Part shown: positions 22,217 through 32,908 of the stretch, one piece after another
Position numbering within the stretch: position 1 is the first letter of the stretch
How the letters are laid out: the number at the start of each line of letters is the position of its first letter
Assembly: GCA_026416095.1 (NCBI GenBank)
Contig: JAOAFV010000004.1
Coordinates: 16,127 to 80,126, forward strand
DNA: 64,000 bases
DNA from: Bacteroidales bacterium
GTDB lineage: Bacteria; Bacteroidota; Bacteroidia; Bacteroidales; GWA2-32-17
Direction of reading: 5' to 3'
Translations under genes and position numbers: made by a program
Notes under the pieces: model-generated
What the model saw: only the letters and a program-made list of their open reading frames with translations
Databases searched by the model: none
What the model was told of the DNA's origin: nothing

Positions 22217-24226
22217 ATGAATAAGTTATCATTTCAAGAACAAATAAGACAAGGTATTCCTGATTTTTTACCACCAGCAAAGGAATATGATACTACAATT
22301 AATCATGCCCCAAAACGAAAAAACGTACTTACTACTGAAGAAAAAAAACTTGCCTTAAAAAATGCTCTTCGCTATTTTCCAGAAAAACTCCATAAACATT
22401 TAGCCGAAGAATTTTACAATGAATTAGAAGAATATGGCCACATATATATGTACAGATACAGGCCAGATTATGAAATGTATGCACGTCCAATTACTGAATA
22501 TCCATGTAAAAGTATTCATGCTGCAGCTATTATGCACATGATTCAGAACAACTTAGATCCGGCTGTTGCTCAACATCCACACGAATTAATTACATATGGT
22601 GGCAACGGTTCAGTTTTTCAAAATTGGGCACAATATCTTTTAACAATGAAGTATTTATCGGAACTTACCGACGAAGAAACATTGGTTATTTATTCAGGGC
22701 ATCCTCTTGGTATATTCCCTTCTCATAAAAATGCACCACGTTTGGTAGTTACAAATGGAATGGTTATACCAAATTATTCAAGCAAAGAATTATACGAAAA
22801 ATTTTATGCTCTTGGTGTTACACAATATGGGCAAATGACAGCTGGTTCGTACATGTATATTGGCCCACAGGGCATAGTACATGGCACAACAATAACTATA
22901 ATGAACGCCGCTCGCATGATAAGCCAAAGTAAAACAGATTTTAGAGGCAAATTATTTGTATCAAGCGGTTTAGGTGGAATGTCGGGAGCTCAAGCTAAAG
23001 CTGCCGTTATAGCTGGAATGGTTGGCGTAATTGCTGAAATTAACCCTAAACCTCTTTACATTAGATATAAACAAGGATGGGTTAACGAAATTTATAATAA
23101 TCTTGATCGTCTAATTGATAGAATAAAAGAAGCAACCGAAAAAAAATTGGCCGTGTCTCTTGCATATCACGGTAACGTTGTAGATCTATGGGAACGTCTT
23201 GTTAATGAAAATATTAAAGTAGATATTGGAAGCGATCAAACATCGTTACACAATCCTTTTGCTGGTGGCTATTATCCTGTTGGCTTATCGTTTGAAGAGT
23301 CAAACGAAATGATGGTTAAAAACCCAGAGTTATTTAAACAAAAAGTTTATGAGTCGCTTCGACGACAAGTAAAAGCTATAAATACATTAGCTGAAAGGGG
23401 TATGTATTTTTTTGATTACGGAAATGCATTCTTATTAGAAGCAAGTCGAGCTGGTGCCGATATTCTTAAACACGATGGCTCATTTAAGTATCCTTCTTAT
23501 GTTCAAGATATAATGGGGCCATTATGTTTTGACTATGGTTTCGGCCCATTTAGATGGATTTGTACCTCTGCCGACCCCGAAGACCTTGATAAAACCGACG
23601 AGATTGCTGCTACAATAATTGAAAAACTACTATTAACAGCACCTCAAGAAATAAAACTCCAACTGAGCGATAATTTACAATGGATAAAAGAAGCTAAAAA
23701 AAATAATCTTGTTGTTGGTAGTCAGGCTAGAATATTATATGCCGATTCAGAAGGTAGAATAGAAATAGCAAAAGCATTTAACGAAGCAATAAAAAGAAAA
23801 GAAATTAAAGCTCCTATTGTTCTTGGTCGTGATCACCATGACGTTTCCGGTACAGATTCTCCTTATAGAGAAACTTCAAACATATATGATGGATCAAAAT
23901 TTACTGCCGACATGGCTGTGCATAATTTTGTTGGCGATGCATTTAGAGGAGCAACATGGGTTTCGCTTCATAACGGTGGAGGTGTTGGTTGGGGCGAAGC
24001 AATTAACGGCGGATTTGGTCTTGTAATAGATGGAACTGATGATGCTCAAAAAAACATTGAAATGATGCTCTTTTGGGATGTAAATAATGGAATTGCTCGA
24101 AGATCATGGGCAGGTAATACTGGCGCCTTATTTACAATTAAAAGAGCTATCAGTAAACATAAAAACCTTAAAGTTACATTGCCTTATTTGGCAGACGATA
24201 ATCTAATAAACTCAATTATAAAATGA
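22217..24226 (+). CDS. hutU: Urocanate hydratase (long ~670-aa type)
   Basis: NNLDPAVAQHPHELITYGG, GQMTAGSYMYIGPQGIVHGT, GLGGMSGAQ, GRDHHDVSG, LHNGGGVGWG. Confidence 0.96.
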   Translation: MNKLSFQEQIRQGIPDFLPPAKEYDTTINHAPKRKNVLTTEEKKLALKNALRYFPEKLHKHLAEEFYNELEEYGHIYMYRYRPDYEMYARPITEYPCKSIHAAAIMHMIQNNLDPAVAQHPHELITYGGNGSVFQNWAQYLLTMKYLSELTDEETLVIYSGHPLGIFPSHKNAPRLVVTNGMVIPNYSSKELYEKFYALGVTQYGQMTAGSYMYIGPQGIVHGTTITIMNAARMISQSKTDFRGKLFVSSGLGGMSGAQAKAAVIAGMVGVIAEINPKPLYIRYKQGWVNEIYNNLDRLIDRIKEATEKKLAVSLAYHGNVVDLWERLVNENIKVDIGSDQTSLHNPFAGGYYPVGLSFEESNEMMVKNPELFKQKVYESLRRQVKAINTLAERGMYFFDYGNAFLLEASRAGADILKHDGSFKYPSYVQDIMGPLCFDYGFGPFRWICTSADPEDLDKTDEIAATIIEKLLLTAPQEIKLQLSDNLQWIKEAKKNNLVVGSQARILYADSEGRIEIAKAFNEAIKRKEIKAPIVLGRDHHDVSGTDSPYRETSNIYDGSKFTADMAVHNFVGDAFRGATWVSLHNGGGVGWGEAINGGFGLVIDGTDDAQKNIEMMLFWDVNNGIARRSWAGNTGALFTIKRAISKHKNLKVTLPYLADDNLINSIIK

Positions 24227-25197
24227 AAAAAATTTTTTTTCTTTCATTAATTTTAATTACACTTTTTAATTCTTGTTTAAGAAGTAAGTACATTAATATT
24301 ACTGGTTTAACACAGGGTACAACATTTAGCATTAAATATAAACCCGAACTTGATACAGTACCAGTAAAAGAAATTTATAACATTTTAAACAAGGTTAACT
24401 CAACTGTATCACTCTACGATAGTAATTCAATTTTATGTAAAATTAATAAAAACATAACAAATATTGAATTAAACGATTATTTTATTGAAATTTTCAGAAC
24501 TGCATACAAGAATTATCAAATAACCGAAGGCACTTTCGATCCTACTGTTGCTCCAATATTAAAACATTATAAGTTTATTCCAGGTAATAATATAGACACA
24601 TTATCTCTTAATTCTATGAAAAATTATATAGGATTTGATAAAGTAAAAATTATTAAAAATAAAGTTATAAAGCCAGCCAACATACAATTAGATTTCAATG
24701 GAATAGCTCAAGGATTTACCGTTGACAAATTAGCAATGCTTTTAGAATCGTACAATATTAAAAACTATCTTATTGAAATAGGAGGCGAGGTAAAAGTTAA
24801 AGGTTTAAACGAAAAAGGCGAAAAGTGGAAAATAGGAATAGACAAACCCATAGAAAATTCAGACGAAACAAATAGAGAAATTTACGATATATTAGAATTA
24901 ACCGATTGTGCCATTTCTACAAGTGGAGTTTATCGTCAGTTTAAAATAATAAATGGAGAAAAACATTCTCATATTATAAATCCTCATACAGGGAAAGGAG
25001 TATATGGAAAGCTTTTAAGCGCCACAGTTATTACATCGTCTTGCGCCGATGCTGATGCTATTGCTACCGCTGTAATTGTTATGGGATTAAATAAAGCAAA
25101 ACAATTTTTTTTCGAAAATCCCCAATATAAAGCATACCTAATATATGAAGATGAAAACGGAAAAATTAAACATTGGAAAACTGAAAATTTAAAATAA
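24223..25197 (+). CDS. apbE: FAD:protein FMN transferase lipoprotein
   Basis: Lipobox FNSC, FDPTV, DFNGIAQG, EIGGE, STSGVY, SHIINPHTG, ADAIATA. Confidence 0.92.
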   Translation: MKKIFFLSLILITLFNSCLRSKYINITGLTQGTTFSIKYKPELDTVPVKEIYNILNKVNSTVSLYDSNSILCKINKNITNIELNDYFIEIFRTAYKNYQITEGTFDPTVAPILKHYKFIPGNNIDTLSLNSMKNYIGFDKVKIIKNKVIKPANIQLDFNGIAQGFTVDKLAMLLESYNIKNYLIEIGGEVKVKGLNEKGEKWKIGIDKPIENSDETNREIYDILELTDCAISTSGVYRQFKIINGEKHSHIINPHTGKGVYGKLLSATVITSSCADADAIATAVIVMGLNKAKQFFFENPQYKAYLIYEDENGKIKHWKTENLK

Positions 25198-25641
25198 ATG
25201 AAAAAAACATTAACTGTATCTTTTATAATTACTCTTTTATTAGGTACAATAATAAAGTCTAAGTCACAGCAAACTCCAGAAATGGTTGCAGATTCTTTTT
25301 TTTATTACTTTAAAAATAAGAACATAGAAAGTGCTATAAAATATATTTTTTCAACAAACAAGTACCTAGTACAATTTCCAGAAGTAGTGAATACATTAAA
25401 AGCTAAATTTGACAAGGCATTACCGATACTTGGTAATTTTCACCAATATCAATTGTATTTAAAAAAAGAAATCACAAACAACTTTGTACAATTGGGGTAT
25501 TTAATGATATTTGATAGACAACCAATTAAAATATTATTTTTATTATATAAACCTGTCGATAAGTGGCAAATTCAAGATATGCGTTTTGACGACAAGTTAG
25601 AAGATGTAATAGAAAATACACCTAATAAAATTAGTTATTAA
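25198..25641 (+). CDS. Exported hypothetical protein (possibly NTF2-like fold)
   Basis: Signal peptide; 147 aa; starts immediately after the apbE stop. Confidence 0.7.
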   Translation: MKKTLTVSFIITLLLGTIIKSKSQQTPEMVADSFFYYFKNKNIESAIKYIFSTNKYLVQFPEVVNTLKAKFDKALPILGNFHQYQLYLKKEITNNFVQLGYLMIFDRQPIKILFLLYKPVDKWQIQDMRFDDKLEDVIENTPNKISY

Positions 25642-26572
25642 TATTTTCTTACTTCTTTTGACAAAACTCTTATAATTGATTGACAAGTTTTAAAATCTTT
25701 CAATATAGCATTTCTTATAATAGGAAAATGTCTTTTAACGGTAATTTCAAGATATTGTTGTTTTAGAAAATTCGATGAATGTAAGACCTGATAACCTTAA
25801 TTAATTTTATACATCACTTAATTTCAAAAAAAATAAATACTTATAAAGATTTTCCAAAATACAAGTAAAAACAAATACAAATAAATTTAAAAATACTATC
25901 GAATAAGTAATATTACAATAAAAAGAAAAGATAACCCAAACTCTCCCTACGATAACAATAAATGTATTAAAAAATATAACCTTAAATCTATTAAAAAGCA
26001 AATTACTTTCCTAGTTATTTGTACCCGAACAAAGCGGGAATATCACAGTTATGTTCTCTAATACAAGTCACAACAATAGAAGAAAGACGACGAGCTAATT
26101 TTAATCACTACTTAAACTTGCCAAAAAAGTATAACCAAAACCTCTGATACAAATAGACACACAAAATCTAACTGTAATTTCAGCAAGTAAAATAGTAGAC
26201 CACTTAACTATTAAGGTAAATCGAAGCTTTTACAATAAATACAATGAGCTTTAACTAAAACCTTGTACTTTGTAAAAAAATATCTTTTTCAAAGATAACT
26301 CATCAAAAAATATTTGTAAAGTTAATTAAACATGTAAAATTTGTATATCTAAAAAGTTAATAAATGTTGAATAAACAAAAAAATAAAAAAAGCAGATATT
26401 ACAATTGAAAAGTTTAAACGAAACCAGATTATGTTAAAAAATCTGTCTTCATTTTTAAAAAACTATACGAGAGTTTCCAATAAATTTATTATCCCTTTAA
26501 TGCTCCAATATTTTTTAAGCTAAATTACTTTGTTATTTAAAAATTCATTAATTTTGAGAATAAAATTTTTAT

Positions 26573-27025
26573 ATGTTACAACGTATTCAAACATTAATAC
26601 TAATTATATCTTTAATAATTGAATTAATAATGTTTTTTAATCCGATTGCTATATTTCAAGTAAAAGTATTAAATTTTTATGAAGCTTTTTTTTATGGTTA
26701 CTCCCTGAACAATAAAACAGAATATTCTTACTCGCTAATTATCTTTTTATTACTCATAATGACAATTAACATTATTATAATTTTTCTTTATAAAAAAAGA
26801 ATTTATCAAATGAGATTATGCATATATAATACTTTACTTCTCATAGGTTTACAATTATTTGTTTTCTATTATGTTTATTCTATATCTAATCATCTAAATG
26901 CCGATGATACTTTTATTCAGCTATCGGCGTTTCTTCCTTTTATTTCAGCAATTTCTCATATATTAGCATTTAAATACATAAAAAAAGACGAAGAGCTTGT
27001 AAGATTATCTGAGAAATTAAGATGA
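26573..27025 (+). CDS. DUF4293 family membrane protein
   Basis: MLQRIQTL N-terminus, IFLYKKRIYQMRLC, C-terminal IKKDEELVR; -7 box at 26549-26556. Confidence 0.88.
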   Translation: MLQRIQTLILIISLIIELIMFFNPIAIFQVKVLNFYEAFFYGYSLNNKTEYSYSLIIFLLLIMTINIIIIFLYKKRIYQMRLCIYNTLLLIGLQLFVFYYVYSISNHLNADDTFIQLSAFLPFISAISHILAFKYIKKDEELVRLSEKLR

Positions 27026-28758
27026 AAAAAAAGTTTATTTATATTTTTAAAGAAAATCTATCCTTATGCATACTATTATTAATAGTTTTCATAATTCTAA
27101 TTAATTTCTTATTTTCAGACTATCTAATCGATAGGGTAATACAAGACACTGAATTGTGGTATCAAGTTCAACAAATAAGATGGTTTTTAATGCCAATTAT
27201 TCTAATTTTATTTAGCATTATAATTTTAACCCCTTTTTTTATAAAATACAATAATATAAAGAATAAATACAATTTTATATATTCAAACTACCTACAAGCA
27301 ATAGATAATCTTATACAGGATTATTTTTTTTACCGACACGAGAAAAATAAACCATTTGTATATATAAGTGCTTCGGTAAGTAATATTTTAGGATACTCAA
27401 AAACCGATTTTATTAATTTATATGAAAAAATTGGAGCTGCAGAACTATTTAATGAACGTTTTGAAAAACTAAAAGAAAGCATCTCACATAATTTACCTAT
27501 TAGTACATACGAAGTAATTATCATTGACAAATACAATAATCCTAAGCATTTCGAAATAAGAGAATTTCCAAGATTTAATGAGAAAGGAGAAATTATTGAA
27601 ATAGAAGGTATAGCAAAAGACATAACAAAACACAAGAATTATGAAATTGAGTTAAAAGAAAAAGAAAAGTTGTATCAAATAATATTCCAAAATGCAACAG
27701 ATGGGCTAATACTATTAAAAGGAGAAAGATTTATTGACTGCAATAAAAAAGTGCTTGAAATTTATAAATGCAATTTGGAAGAATTTTTATTATACACTCC
27801 TTTTCACTACAGATTTAGCCCTCAATACCAACCAAATGGAAAATCGTCAAAAGAACTTGCTTTGGAATACATAAATAATGCTTACAAAGGTAATGTTCAA
27901 AAATTTGAATGGGTTCATTTAAGAGAAGGAAAATATGAATTTTATACCGAAATCACACTTAATAAATTTACATACGAAAACGAAGATTTTTTACTTGCTA
28001 TTGTCAGAGATATAACAGAGGAAAAACGAATACTTCAACAAATAAAAAATAACGAACATTACATTAATTCAATACTTCAAAATATTCCTTATGGAATCAT
28101 AGTCTATACAAAAAATTTTAAAATAAAAGTTTTCAACGATAATATTATAAGCCTATTAAAAGTAAACCAAATAAGTCAGATTTCTTTTTTTACTAACTAC
28201 CTAATGCAAGATATTAACAAAATTAACAATACCTACATCACTATAGAAAACCCTTACAACAAGGAAATATTACAATTATATGTTACAATAAACTTATTAT
28301 CAGAAGAACAAAATAACGATATTATTGTTATTGTCGAAGACTTTAGAGAGAAAAACAAAATGCTTGAAGAAATTATTAAGCAAAAAAACACTCTTGACGA
28401 AATTTTTAACAATTCACGACAAGTACTTTATAAGTTCAACTTATCTAATCAAAAATATGAATATGTTAGTAATTCTATTTTTTTACTTACAGGATATACT
28501 CCCGAAGAGTTTATGAATTTAAATCCAGAAGAAATGCTAAGTTTAGTACATCCAGAGGATGTAAAAAACAATAATTTTATAATTTCTAAAATGATTGACA
28601 TAAATAAATTACCAACTGAATTAACTTGTAAATATAGAATTAAAAATAAAAACGGAATTTATCACACAGTTAGCGATAAAATAAAGATAGTGCAACACAA
28701 TAACGAAAAATTTATTATTGGTGAAATTATTGACCTTACTGCATTATGTAATGAATAA
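27022..28758 (+). CDS. Membrane-anchored multi-PAS-domain protein with no recognisable output domain
   Basis: Two N-terminal TMs; PAS/PAC signatures YISASVSNILGY...IEGIAKDIT, FQNATDG...FIDCN...AIVRDIT, ILQNIPYGI, YVSNS...LTGYTPEE...VHPED; ends after the last PAC. Confidence 0.85.
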   Translation: MKKKFIYIFKENLSLCILLLIVFIILINFLFSDYLIDRVIQDTELWYQVQQIRWFLMPIILILFSIIILTPFFIKYNNIKNKYNFIYSNYLQAIDNLIQDYFFYRHEKNKPFVYISASVSNILGYSKTDFINLYEKIGAAELFNERFEKLKESISHNLPISTYEVIIIDKYNNPKHFEIREFPRFNEKGEIIEIEGIAKDITKHKNYEIELKEKEKLYQIIFQNATDGLILLKGERFIDCNKKVLEIYKCNLEEFLLYTPFHYRFSPQYQPNGKSSKELALEYINNAYKGNVQKFEWVHLREGKYEFYTEITLNKFTYENEDFLLAIVRDITEEKRILQQIKNNEHYINSILQNIPYGIIVYTKNFKIKVFNDNIISLLKVNQISQISFFTNYLMQDINKINNTYITIENPYNKEILQLYVTINLLSEEQNNDIIVIVEDFREKNKMLEEIIKQKNTLDEIFNNSRQVLYKFNLSNQKYEYVSNSIFLLTGYTPEEFMNLNPEEMLSLVHPEDVKNNNFIISKMIDINKLPTELTCKYRIKNKNGIYHTVSDKIKIVQHNNEKFIIGEIIDLTALCNE

Positions 28759-29776
28759 AATAATATATCTTTTCAATCTTTATAAAGCTTATTTTATAAA
28801 CATTATTTTTAATTATGCAATTTTGCTTAAACACCTTAATTTTTACAGAATTGTTAATCTTATTTTAAATTTATTTAATTACCTTTTAAATGTAACTACC
28901 AAAAAAAGTTACACTTTTTCTATGCCATATGCAATAACCGTTGAAACCAGTAGCATATGTAATCTGGCATGTCCTGAATGCCTTGTTGGAACAAAGAAAA
29001 CGCAAAGAACGAATATTTTTTTCGACATTAAAGAATACGAAAACTTACTTAAAAATTTAAAAAAAAATTCTTTTTATCTTAACTTATATTTTCAGGGTGA
29101 GCCTTTTTTGAATCAAAACATTATTGAGTTTATTAGAATTGCTAATAAATATAAATATTATACTGTAATAGCAACTAACGGGCACTGCCTAAATGAAACA
29201 ATAATTAAAGATATTATCAACAATAAACTCTCAAAAATAATATTTTCTGTTGATGGAATATCACAACAAATTTATTGCACATATCGAAGGAATGGTAATA
29301 TTAATAAACTTATAGATAATATTTTGCTTCTAAAAAAAATAAAAGAACAATACAAGAGTAAGCTTCCTATAGTTGAAGTACAATTTTTAGTACATAAGTA
29401 TAACGAAAATGAATTTAAAAAGGTAAAAAAATGGGCATTGGAAAACAATTTTATTTTTAAGATAAAGACAATTCAAATATATAATAACTACCACCTAATA
29501 CCAACAAAAAATAAATTTTCGCGTTATTACATAGGCAGAAATAATACCATAAAAATAAAAAAAAGAAACACTTTATGCTGGCGAGTGTTTTCAAATATAA
29601 TAGTAAATTCAGATAATAATGTAGTCCTTTGTTGTCAGGATAAAATTCCCGAATATAGCTATGGAAACATTAAACAAAATTCTATAAAAGAAATATGGAA
29701 TTCGAAAATTGCATTACAATACAGAAAAAGTGTATTAGAAAAAAAAATATATTTATGCGATAATTGTGGAGTTTAA
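28751..29776 (+). CDS. Radical SAM protein with SPASM/twitch domain
   Basis: CNLACPEC (CxxxCxxC), FQGEPFLN, TNG, SVDG; C-terminal CWRV...LCCQD...GNI...IWNS...CDNC. ATG at 28751 overlaps the PAS gene stop. Confidence 0.9.
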   Translation: MNKIIYLFNLYKAYFINIIFNYAILLKHLNFYRIVNLILNLFNYLLNVTTKKSYTFSMPYAITVETSSICNLACPECLVGTKKTQRTNIFFDIKEYENLLKNLKKNSFYLNLYFQGEPFLNQNIIEFIRIANKYKYYTVIATNGHCLNETIIKDIINNKLSKIIFSVDGISQQIYCTYRRNGNINKLIDNILLLKKIKEQYKSKLPIVEVQFLVHKYNENEFKKVKKWALENNFIFKIKTIQIYNNYHLIPTKNKFSRYYIGRNNTIKIKKRNTLCWRVFSNIIVNSDNNVVLCCQDKIPEYSYGNIKQNSIKEIWNSKIALQYRKSVLEKKIYLCDNCGV

Positions 29777-29777
29777 A

Positions 29778-30122
29778 TTAGTTATTAACTATAATCTTTT
29801 TACTTATAGTTTTGAATTTCGTTTCAATGTTTATAACATATATTCCTTTACTCAATTCTATGTAATATTCCATTATAGGTAACTGATATTCTACCGATTT
29901 AGAAGAATAAATTAACGTTCCAGTTACATTATAAACATAAATTTTATAAGGAATAAAATCATTAGGACAGCGTATTTGTAACTTGTTATTTTGTTCAATA
30001 TATGATATTGATAAATCATTATAAACTCTATAATTTAATTGTAAACTATCACTATTTTGCGACAACACATAAAAGTTTAATAATAAACTCATTAAAAATA
30101 TTATCAAGTGTAAATGTTTCAT
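29778..30122 (-). CDS. Small secreted protein consisting mostly of a T9SS type A C-terminal sorting domain
   Basis: Signal peptide, then IYVYNVTGTLI...LSKGIYVINI...KKIIVNN, typical of the Por secretion CTD. Confidence 0.75.
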   Translation of the reverse strand: MKHLHLIIFLMSLLLNFYVLSQNSDSLQLNYRVYNDLSISYIEQNNKLQIRCPNDFIPYKIYVYNVTGTLIYSSKSVEYQLPIMEYYIELSKGIYVINIETKFKTISKKIIVNN

Positions 30123-30166
30123 ATTTTTTAAAGATTAAACGAAAAAAAGCGAAAAAAGTTTCATTT

Positions 30167-30760
30167 TTAAAGTTCTCCATTTTCCACTCTTATTACAATT
30201 TCTTCAATATATTTATCTTCACCTTTTGCATCATATTCATCTTTAAGGTTTTCTCCAAAAATTCTTGCAATTTGTTGATATATAAAAGCATTAAACGAAC
30301 CTTTCAATTGTTTTATAATTTCATACGATGTTCTTCCGGTTTCTCTATCAATTAGTTTAATCAATAAACGACCCTGCGAAATTGTTAAATTCGAGATTTC
30401 ATCTTCAAATTCTTCTCTAAGTTGTTTTTCCACTATTTTTATATATTCTTTTCTTTCTTGTTCAGTTTTAAGTTTTTGTAATTCATACTCAATCATCATA
30501 AGGCGAGTTTTTGCAAGCTTAGCATAAGGTAACACTTTTTTTATGTTTCTAACAAGTTTAGAATATTTTTCTGCTTCACGCTTATTTTTAAACACTCGAG
30601 GCGGAAAAATAGTTATTTCTCTTAAATAAATTATAGGTATTGTATCACCATTAATAACGTTAAAATATACAAGGTAGCCTTTGGGTTTAGTACTTTCAGT
30701 ATTTTGTTGTGCTAATAAAATATTTGGTACAAAAAATATTATTAAATAAAAAAACTGCAT
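30167..30760 (-). CDS. DUF4294 family protein
   Basis: GDTIP, YSKLVRNIKKVLPYAK, LTISQGRLLIKLIDRETG. Confidence 0.85.
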   Translation of the reverse strand: MQFFYLIIFFVPNILLAQQNTESTKPKGYLVYFNVINGDTIPIIYLREITIFPPRVFKNKREAEKYSKLVRNIKKVLPYAKLAKTRLMMIEYELQKLKTEQERKEYIKIVEKQLREEFEDEISNLTISQGRLLIKLIDRETGRTSYEIIKQLKGSFNAFIYQQIARIFGENLKDEYDAKGEDKYIEEIVIRVENGEL

Positions 30761-30766
30761 TAAAAA

Positions 30767-31972
30767 TTATGAAATGTTTTTTAATAATTCATTTATTTTA
30801 ATAGCTGCTTCATCAAGTTTCATTGCAAAATTTATTTTTAGACCCGACTTTTCTATCATTTCTTTTGCTAAGTCAGAATTTGTTCCTTGTAATCTAACAA
30901 CAATAGGTATATTTATGTCTTTTATTTTGTTATAAGCTTCAATAATACCTGCTGCAACTCGATCGCATCTAACAATTCCTCCAAAAATGTTTATAAAAAC
31001 TACTTTAACATTTGGGTCTCTCAATAATATTCTAAATCCAGCTTCTACAGTTTGAGCATTAGCAGTTCCACCAACATCCAGAAAATTTGCAGGTTCCCCA
31101 CCCGCTAGTTTTATTAAATCCATTGTTGCCATTGCTAACCCCGCACCATTCACCATACAACCTACGTTTCCGTTTAATTTTATAAAATTCAAATGATAAT
31201 TTGAAGCTTCTACTTCATCTGGGTTTTCTTCGTACAGATCTCTTAACTCGTAATAATCTGGATGCTTAAATAAAGCATTATCATCTATTATTATTTTTGA
31301 ATCTGCAATGTATATTGTATCGTCCGAAGTTTTAATTAACGGATTTATTTCTATTAAACTTGCATCAATTTTTAAATATGCATCATAGATAGTTTGTATG
31401 AACTTAGTAAATTCACTTCTTAAATTATTATCGGTTATACCAAGATTTTTAAGAACCTTTCTTATCATGTATGATGTTATGCCAATACTTGAATTAATGT
31501 TAAGTTTATAAATTTTTTCTGGATTTTTCTCAGCTACCTCTTCTATGTCCATACCCCCTTCTGGCGAATATATCATAACTAAATCGCTTGTTGATCTATC
31601 TAATGTAATACTAAAGTAATATTCTTTTATTTTGCTAACATCGCCATAGTAAACACCTTCCTCAATATATAACTTCCTAACCACTTTACCTTCGGGTCCT
31701 GTTTGAGGTGTAACAAGTGTTGTTCCTAATAATAGCTTGGCTTTTTCAATGGCTTCTTTCACTGTTTTTGCTTTCTTTATTCCTCCTGCTTTTCCTCTTC
31801 CGCCAGCGTGAATCTGAGCCTTTATAACAATTTCTTCTTTTTTACTTTCATTAAATACTTGTTCAGCAATAGCTTCAACATTCTCAATATGCCCACAATA
31901 ATAACCAATTGGTATTTTATAAACTCCTAAATTTTTTAAAAGATTTTTTGCTTGATATTCATGTAACAACAT
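30767..31972 (-). CDS. sucC: Succinate-CoA ligase (ADP-forming) beta subunit
   Basis: LHEYQAK, KAQIHAGGRGKAGG, MVNGAGLAMATMD, NFLDVGG, NIFGGIVRCD. Confidence 0.96.
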   Translation of the reverse strand: MLLHEYQAKNLLKNLGVYKIPIGYYCGHIENVEAIAEQVFNESKKEEIVIKAQIHAGGRGKAGGIKKAKTVKEAIEKAKLLLGTTLVTPQTGPEGKVVRKLYIEEGVYYGDVSKIKEYYFSITLDRSTSDLVMIYSPEGGMDIEEVAEKNPEKIYKLNINSSIGITSYMIRKVLKNLGITDNNLRSEFTKFIQTIYDAYLKIDASLIEINPLIKTSDDTIYIADSKIIIDDNALFKHPDYYELRDLYEENPDEVEASNYHLNFIKLNGNVGCMVNGAGLAMATMDLIKLAGGEPANFLDVGGTANAQTVEAGFRILLRDPNVKVVFINIFGGIVRCDRVAAGIIEAYNKIKDINIPIVVRLQGTNSDLAKEMIEKSGLKINFAMKLDEAAIKINELLKNIS

Positions 31973-32037
31973 AATATCGCCTTATTTGTTGTTAGCAACA
32001 AAGGTAACAAATTTTTATTTTTGCGAAAAACCATTTT

Positions 32038-32571
32038 ATGAAAAAACTTTCTATTTATGAGCTACACCGCCTTGAAGTATCGGAATTTAAAAAGGCTAAA
32101 AAAAATAAAATAATAATAATATTAGACAATTTAAGAAGCCAATATAATGTTGGTTCTATTTTTAGAACATGCGACGCATTTAGAATAGAAGAACTATTAT
32201 TATGCGGTATCACTGCTACTCCACCAAATCGCGAAATAGAAAAGTCTGCTTTGGGAGCAACACTATCAGTAAACTGGCAATATTTTAAAAATTCATGCGA
32301 TGCAATTAATTACTGTAAAACAAAAAATTTTAAAGTCATAGCAATTGAACAAACCAACGAAAGCATACCAGTAAATTTATTTAAATACAATGTAGATGAC
32401 AAATATGCATTCGTCTTTGGAAACGAAATTAACGGTGTTAGTGAAGATGTTTTAGAATTATGCGACGCTTCAATTGAAATTTTGCAATACGGCACAAAAC
32501 ATTCTTTTAATGTTGCTGTTTCTGTGGCTATTATTTTATACGACTACTTTTATAAATGCAACCTTTTTTAA
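32038..32571 (+). CDS. TrmH/SpoU-family RNA methyltransferase
   Basis: DNLRSQYNVGSIFRT, FGNEINGV, KHSFNVAVS. Confidence 0.9.
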   Translation: MKKLSIYELHRLEVSEFKKAKKNKIIIILDNLRSQYNVGSIFRTCDAFRIEELLLCGITATPPNREIEKSALGATLSVNWQYFKNSCDAINYCKTKNFKVIAIEQTNESIPVNLFKYNVDDKYAFVFGNEINGVSEDVLELCDASIEILQYGTKHSFNVAVSVAIILYDYFYKCNLF

Positions 32572-32684
32572 AATTATCTTATTATACAAATTCTTAATAA
32601 CAAATCGATTAAAAGTTAAATAATGTTAAATATTATATTGATTATTGTTTTTTAAAAATAAACATTGTAATTTTGTGATGTGAT

Positions 32685-32757
<73 letters not shown>

Positions 32758-32908
32758 AATTAATTTATTTGAAATCTTCCTATAATAACTCCATAATAAG
32801 TCTAATTGACATAAAAAAATCGAACATAAAATTAAGTTTAAAAGATAACGATAACTAAAAACTTTTATTTTTTTAAACAGATTAAATACATTTGTAAAAA
32901 AATTTTTT

